A stretch of DNA of 64,000 bases from Pseudonocardiaceae bacterium (GTDB lineage Bacteria > Actinomycetota > Actinomycetes > Mycobacteriales > Pseudonocardiaceae). Shown in pieces: positions 60,618 through 64,000 of this stretch. The stretch lies in the NCBI GenBank assembly GCA_050700115.1, contig JBOHGG010000015.1, positions 33,725-97,724 of the forward strand, written 5' to 3'. Below the pieces are notes generated by a model. The model was not told where the DNA came from and ran no database searches. It saw nothing but the letters and a program-made list of their open reading frames with translations. The position numbers and the translations under genes were made by a program. The stretch's first letter is position 1, and each line of letters starts with the position of its first letter.

Positions 60618-60977
60618 GTGGGAAACGTGCTGTCGCCTGATTTGACCGTCCGTGACTTGAACGACTGGGCGAAGATGCAGTTGGGACGCTTGCGTCTGGC
60701 GCTGGGAAGCGATACCTGTAGCGAGCCTGCCTTTGTGCTTGCGCAGGCAGCGAAACTCGCTGAGGAAGTCGGTGAGCTGCAGGCCGAGGTTCTTGGTCAG
60801 GCCGGCTACCAGCGAGCTACTAAGAATCAGTGCTTTACTGCTGAGTCCATGTCCCGCGAACTCGCCGACGTGATGATTTGCGTCGCTATCCTGGCCAGCT
60901 CGCATGATATTGATCTCGGTAAGGCTCTTGCGTCAAAGATCGAAGCGATAAACGCACGTCACGAGAGCAACGCCTAG
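60618..60977 (+). CDS. MazG-like all-alpha nucleoside triphosphate pyrophosphohydrolase
   Basis: 119 aa. AAKLAEEVGELQAEV and SRELADVMICVAILA metal-binding helices. GTG start. Low G+C. Confidence 0.6.
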   Translation: MGNVLSPDLTVRDLNDWAKMQLGRLRLALGSDTCSEPAFVLAQAAKLAEEVGELQAEVLGQAGYQRATKNQCFTAESMSRELADVMICVAILASSHDIDLGKALASKIEAINARHESNA

Positions 60978-61747
60978 GCTAGCAGCCTCTCGAAGTGCTC
61001 GCCTCTGACGTACTCCACTATGTCCCACATCTCCTGATGCACGAGCTGGTTTACGTTCCGCGCACCAGCGCTGACTAGCCCCATCCCAAGGCAGGCCACT
61101 AGAGCGGTTGACAAGCTGTGTCGTACGTTCAACGTCAAGAGTTGCTCGCGGATTGACTCGGTGCCGTGTTCAAGGAAATCCCGCTGTAATTTGGTCATGG
61201 AGCCACGGGCCAACTCTGGCTGCCTCACGTCAAGCTTCACATCACCGCAGACGTCCACCAGCCTACGGCTAGCTCCGACTGGTAGATGGTCGACGTCGTA
61301 GCGAGTATCGAAAACACGACCGTCTTCGCTTCGCCTGGTGCGCCATAGCTCATATGCGCCCTCAATGCCGACCAGTGTGCTTGTGGATGCGTTCTTGACG
61401 ATCGATAGATCTGATGATAACTGATGTCCAGTCAGCACCGAGTCACTGGCTAGCCATGCTTGCAGATCGCTATCAAGTGATGCTATCAGAGCTGCTTCGT
61501 CACCTTCTTGTGTCACGTACACTGACTTGAAGCCAAAGGACACCGGGTACGTGCTCAAATCGTCGCCATCATGCGGCCAGCGCAACAATACCAAGGAATA
61601 GCAGAACGGCCGGGAACCGTTCTTGATCTGATAATTCTTCGTCCACTCCACGTCGAGCGCCGCCACAAACCGCTCGGAAGCTCCGAAGAAGCGATCCGAC
61701 CGGTCAAAGAGATTTTCAGGCCACTGTAAATTACTTGTGACGCGCAT
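60974..61747 (-). CDS. DEDD-type 3'-5' exonuclease-like protein (RNase D/WRN-like)
   Basis: ExoI-like ALDVEWT and ExoII-like LTGHQLSSDLSIV. The third motif is unclear. Start overlaps the radical SAM stop. Low G+C. Confidence 0.45.
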   Translation of the reverse strand: MRVTSNLQWPENLFDRSDRFFGASERFVAALDVEWTKNYQIKNGSRPFCYSLVLLRWPHDGDDLSTYPVSFGFKSVYVTQEGDEAALIASLDSDLQAWLASDSVLTGHQLSSDLSIVKNASTSTLVGIEGAYELWRTRRSEDGRVFDTRYDVDHLPVGASRRLVDVCGDVKLDVRQPELARGSMTKLQRDFLEHGTESIREQLLTLNVRHSLSTALVACLGMGLVSAGARNVNQLVHQEMWDIVEYVRGEHFERLLA

Positions 61748-62777
61748 CGACGATTACTCCGCTTCCATTCTCGCTGACGGAGATGCTCTTGCCCAAGTAC
61801 TTGCGCAGATGATTGAGCTTGAACGGGTAGCGCTTCCATATCTCAGTAATCGACTCTTTCTGCAGGTCCCCCAGGTACGCCACCTTGTCCTCCGGTCCAC
61901 CTTGCTCACCCCGCTCGGCCACGCCGCCGTACACCGGCCACGACCAAGTAGAGCCGTCAGGATAGACCAGGATGGAGTAGCCCTCGGTCGCGGGCGTCCA
62001 GGTCGTCATGCGTAGACTAGGTGTCCAGCCGTGTTCGTGGGCAAGCTCTTTCATCCGTTCGAACAGCGCAGCCGACTCGTGAAGCGTCAGGAACTCCGAG
62101 TCTGCCAAGTGGAGTCCGTTGCCTTTTCGTATCGGATGAATGAGCTTAATTTTCCCGGCACCCAGCAAGTCGGCAATTTGGTAAGTAAATGGTAGCGCGT
62201 CAACCAAGCTGCGCAGCACTACCGCCGAGATCGACAGTGGTAATCCGGCCTCCTTGAACGCGATGATGCCACGCATCACCTTGTCGTAGTCACCGCGTAC
62301 ACGGTTGGTGGTGTTGCGCGGTCCTTCCAGGCCGACATTGATGAACGAAACCTTACCGACAAGCTTGGAAGCCATGAAGTGCCCACGGGTGGCGTTGGTT
62401 GGAACGGCCACGATGTGATCGTGGAAGATGTCGAAAATCTCCACGAAGTCACGGCGCAGGAGTGGTTCACCACCTGAAAGAAACACTCGGGGCACACCGG
62501 CCAGATTCCGCTGAATCGATGCGATCTGATCGAGCGTCGGGTCTTTCGTCTGCATCGTCTCGCTACAGAAGTCGCAGTCGAAGTTGCAACGCCGGGTCAC
62601 CTGGTAGATGACCGACAGCGGCCTGTCGATGATCTCGGTTGAGCGGGCAAGCTCAGCGTCGGTCATGGTGGTCTTGAAGTAGTGTCCTTGCGCCGAGAAC
62701 TCAATTCCGTTGGTGCCCGCGCTGACGCCTTGCTTGCCTGCGTGTTGGACGGTCGGAACTCCGAGATCAATGCTCAT
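61731..62777 (-). CDS. Radical SAM enzyme, viperin-like
   Basis: SVIYQVTRRCNFDCDFC (CxxxCxxC), FLSGGEPLL, no SPASM cysteines. By eye the block order resembles viperin. Low G+C. Confidence 0.6.
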   Translation of the reverse strand: MSIDLGVPTVQHAGKQGVSAGTNGIEFSAQGHYFKTTMTDAELARSTEIIDRPLSVIYQVTRRCNFDCDFCSETMQTKDPTLDQIASIQRNLAGVPRVFLSGGEPLLRRDFVEIFDIFHDHIVAVPTNATRGHFMASKLVGKVSFINVGLEGPRNTTNRVRGDYDKVMRGIIAFKEAGLPLSISAVVLRSLVDALPFTYQIADLLGAGKIKLIHPIRKGNGLHLADSEFLTLHESAALFERMKELAHEHGWTPSLRMTTWTPATEGYSILVYPDGSTWSWPVYGGVAERGEQGGPEDKVAYLGDLQKESITEIWKRYPFKLNHLRKYLGKSISVSENGSGVIVDARHK

Positions 62778-63399
62778 CGGTAGTACTCCTCTTCTCGATT
62801 AAATCAAGGTTCTTGATCTGTGTGACAACCCACCGCCCACGCTCGTCAATATCGAGCCCGCGCGGTATCTCGATAATCGGCTGGCCTAATCGCTTATACT
62901 CGGCGCGCACCAAGCCGTCAGCTTGCACCTGTAGATCGGCAACCCGAACTCGATACTTGTCGCCTCTCTGGTCAGTCGCATAGTGATCCTGACAGAAAAA
63001 CACTGCGTCGTATACCGCCCCCCATGCGCGACAGAAACCATCCATGGCATCCGCCATCGCTGCGTCCCAGGTACCAGGTTCGATGTGCAGTAACATCTTG
63101 CAATAGGCCAGCACATTCGTTGGAGTCTTGTCGCAAAGCACAACTTCATGAGAGCGGACGGCGCGTACACTGTTCGTGATGTGCGCCGCAAAGATATCGA
63201 GTTCCAGAGTCATGTCGAAGTCGGCCGCCTTATGAATTACCACATCGTCCACGAAAGGACTCGTGCGTGCTGGCTCTCCGAGCGTAGTGACATGCACACC
63301 CTGCCGTCGAAGCAATGCCGCGACGGCGTAGATGAGTGTGGTTTTTCCGCTGGCATGCGTGCCATCGAATGCAACCAGCTTGGCGCGTCGAAGAGCCAT
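62767..63399 (-). CDS. P-loop nucleotide kinase (thymidylate-kinase-like)
   Basis: ATG at 63399 after cgagga. Walker A FDGTHASGKTTL. VLCDKTPTNVLAY resembles the TMK DRY..S..AY block. Overlaps the radical SAM start. Confidence 0.6.
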   Translation of the reverse strand: MALRRAKLVAFDGTHASGKTTLIYAVAALLRRQGVHVTTLGEPARTSPFVDDVVIHKAADFDMTLELDIFAAHITNSVRAVRSHEVVLCDKTPTNVLAYCKMLLHIEPGTWDAAMADAMDGFCRAWGAVYDAVFFCQDHYATDQRGDKYRVRVADLQVQADGLVRAEYKRLGQPIIEIPRGLDIDERGRWVVTQIKNLDLIEKRSTTDEH

Positions 63400-63676
63400 A
63401 CAAGATCCTCGTTTCAATCAGACAATGTGCAGCAGTTCCCCGCCTGACGCTCGCTCAACGGTGATCCACGCGAGCAGATGCGCTGCGACGTCGGGGGTGC
63501 TCATTGCGCGGCCGCTAACAACGCGTCGGCCACCCGGATGGCTGGGGGACGGGTGAGCACCGTCGCGGCGCACCACGCTGCCGCCCACCAAATCTGTCTC
63601 CCGCCACAAGATGATCGTGCGGTTGCGGCCCCGGGATCGTAACCGGTGAGGACGAACCGGTGCGAGCGCTCTGCGG

Positions 63677-63925
63677 TCATCGAGGGACGGTCGTCGGCGC
63701 GCACAGTTGGCAGTAGCGCGCCTCCCGCGCGATCACTGCCGCGGGTAGTACATCCTCGCCGCACAGCGCGCTGTACCGGCCCCGCGGCAGCCCATCGGCC
63801 GCAGCGTCGACCGTCAGCCGATGCGCTGTGCCAGCAACGTCCACCATCTCGACCGTGCGCGTGCGTTGTCGCTGTGCCTGGTCACTCTGTAGCCGATGTC
63901 TTGGCTTGTTGTGTCGCCCTACCAT
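63677..63925 (-). CDS. Small hypothetical protein with a C-terminal Cys cluster
   Basis: ATG at 63925 after aagggaaag. ..YSALCGEDVLP..YCQLCAP. High G+C. ATGA-coupled to further tiny ORFs. Confidence 0.35.
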   Translation of the reverse strand: MVGRHNKPRHRLQSDQAQRQRTRTVEMVDVAGTAHRLTVDAAADGLPRGRYSALCGEDVLPAAVIAREARYCQLCAPTTVPR

Positions 63926-64000
63926 CGGTCTTTCCCTTTTCGTGGTGGTGGAACCGGCCGGGTCACGGGGAGTCGAAGTCGGGGAACAACGCCTCAACCC

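Noticed and set aside
57367-64000. Intact prophage or integrative conjugative element at tRNA-Ser.
   Set aside because: No integrase, excisionase, capsid/tail or conjugation genes, and no att repeat, were seen in the window. The contents are pseudogenes, a dead IS and a small cassette.

Overview
High-G+C (about 70% by eye) actinobacterial chromosome segment from an arabinogalactan-wall lineage such as Mycobacteriales or Pseudonocardiales. All functional calls come from reading motifs and gene order by eye. No database search, HMM or folding was run.

Backbone: a cell-envelope locus syntenic in pieces with M. tuberculosis Rv3777-Rv3809c. It contains glfT2-PAP2-ubiA, dprE1-dprE2, a GtrA-like gene, four Emb-family arabinosyltransferases, rfbD-rfbE-glfT1, bpa and qor. 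The locus is a mosaic broken up by accessory modules.

Main accessory modules:
- **Terpene operon (22.1-36.2 kb, minus strand).** Nine genes in which two cNMP-binding, EshA-like (Family 2B encapsulin-type) shell genes bracket a geosmin synthase, a 2-methylisoborneol-type cyclase and a GPP methyltransferase. These are followed by a short-chain prenyl synthase and extra copies of ispH, dxs and ispG. An AAA+LuxR gene and paired palindromes lie upstream. The 17-kb block sits between two closely related, atypical Emb paralogs.
- **Decayed island after tRNA-Ser(UGA) at 57.3 kb.** It holds a frameshifted XRE gene, a flavoprotein gene truncated by a degenerate IS3 element, and a DnaA-box cluster. It ends in a roughly 3-kb low-G+C (about 50%) cassette of nucleotide kinase, viperin-like radical SAM enzyme and DEDD-type exonuclease, with a convergent MazG-like gene. 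This cassette is a candidate nucleotide-modifying antiviral system.
- **Long perfect hairpin repeats at gene boundaries.** One has 13-bp flanking direct repeats and splits an ancestral ATGA stop/start overlap. Others supply the last codons and stop codon of genes.

No rRNA gene, CRISPR array or intact prophage was seen.
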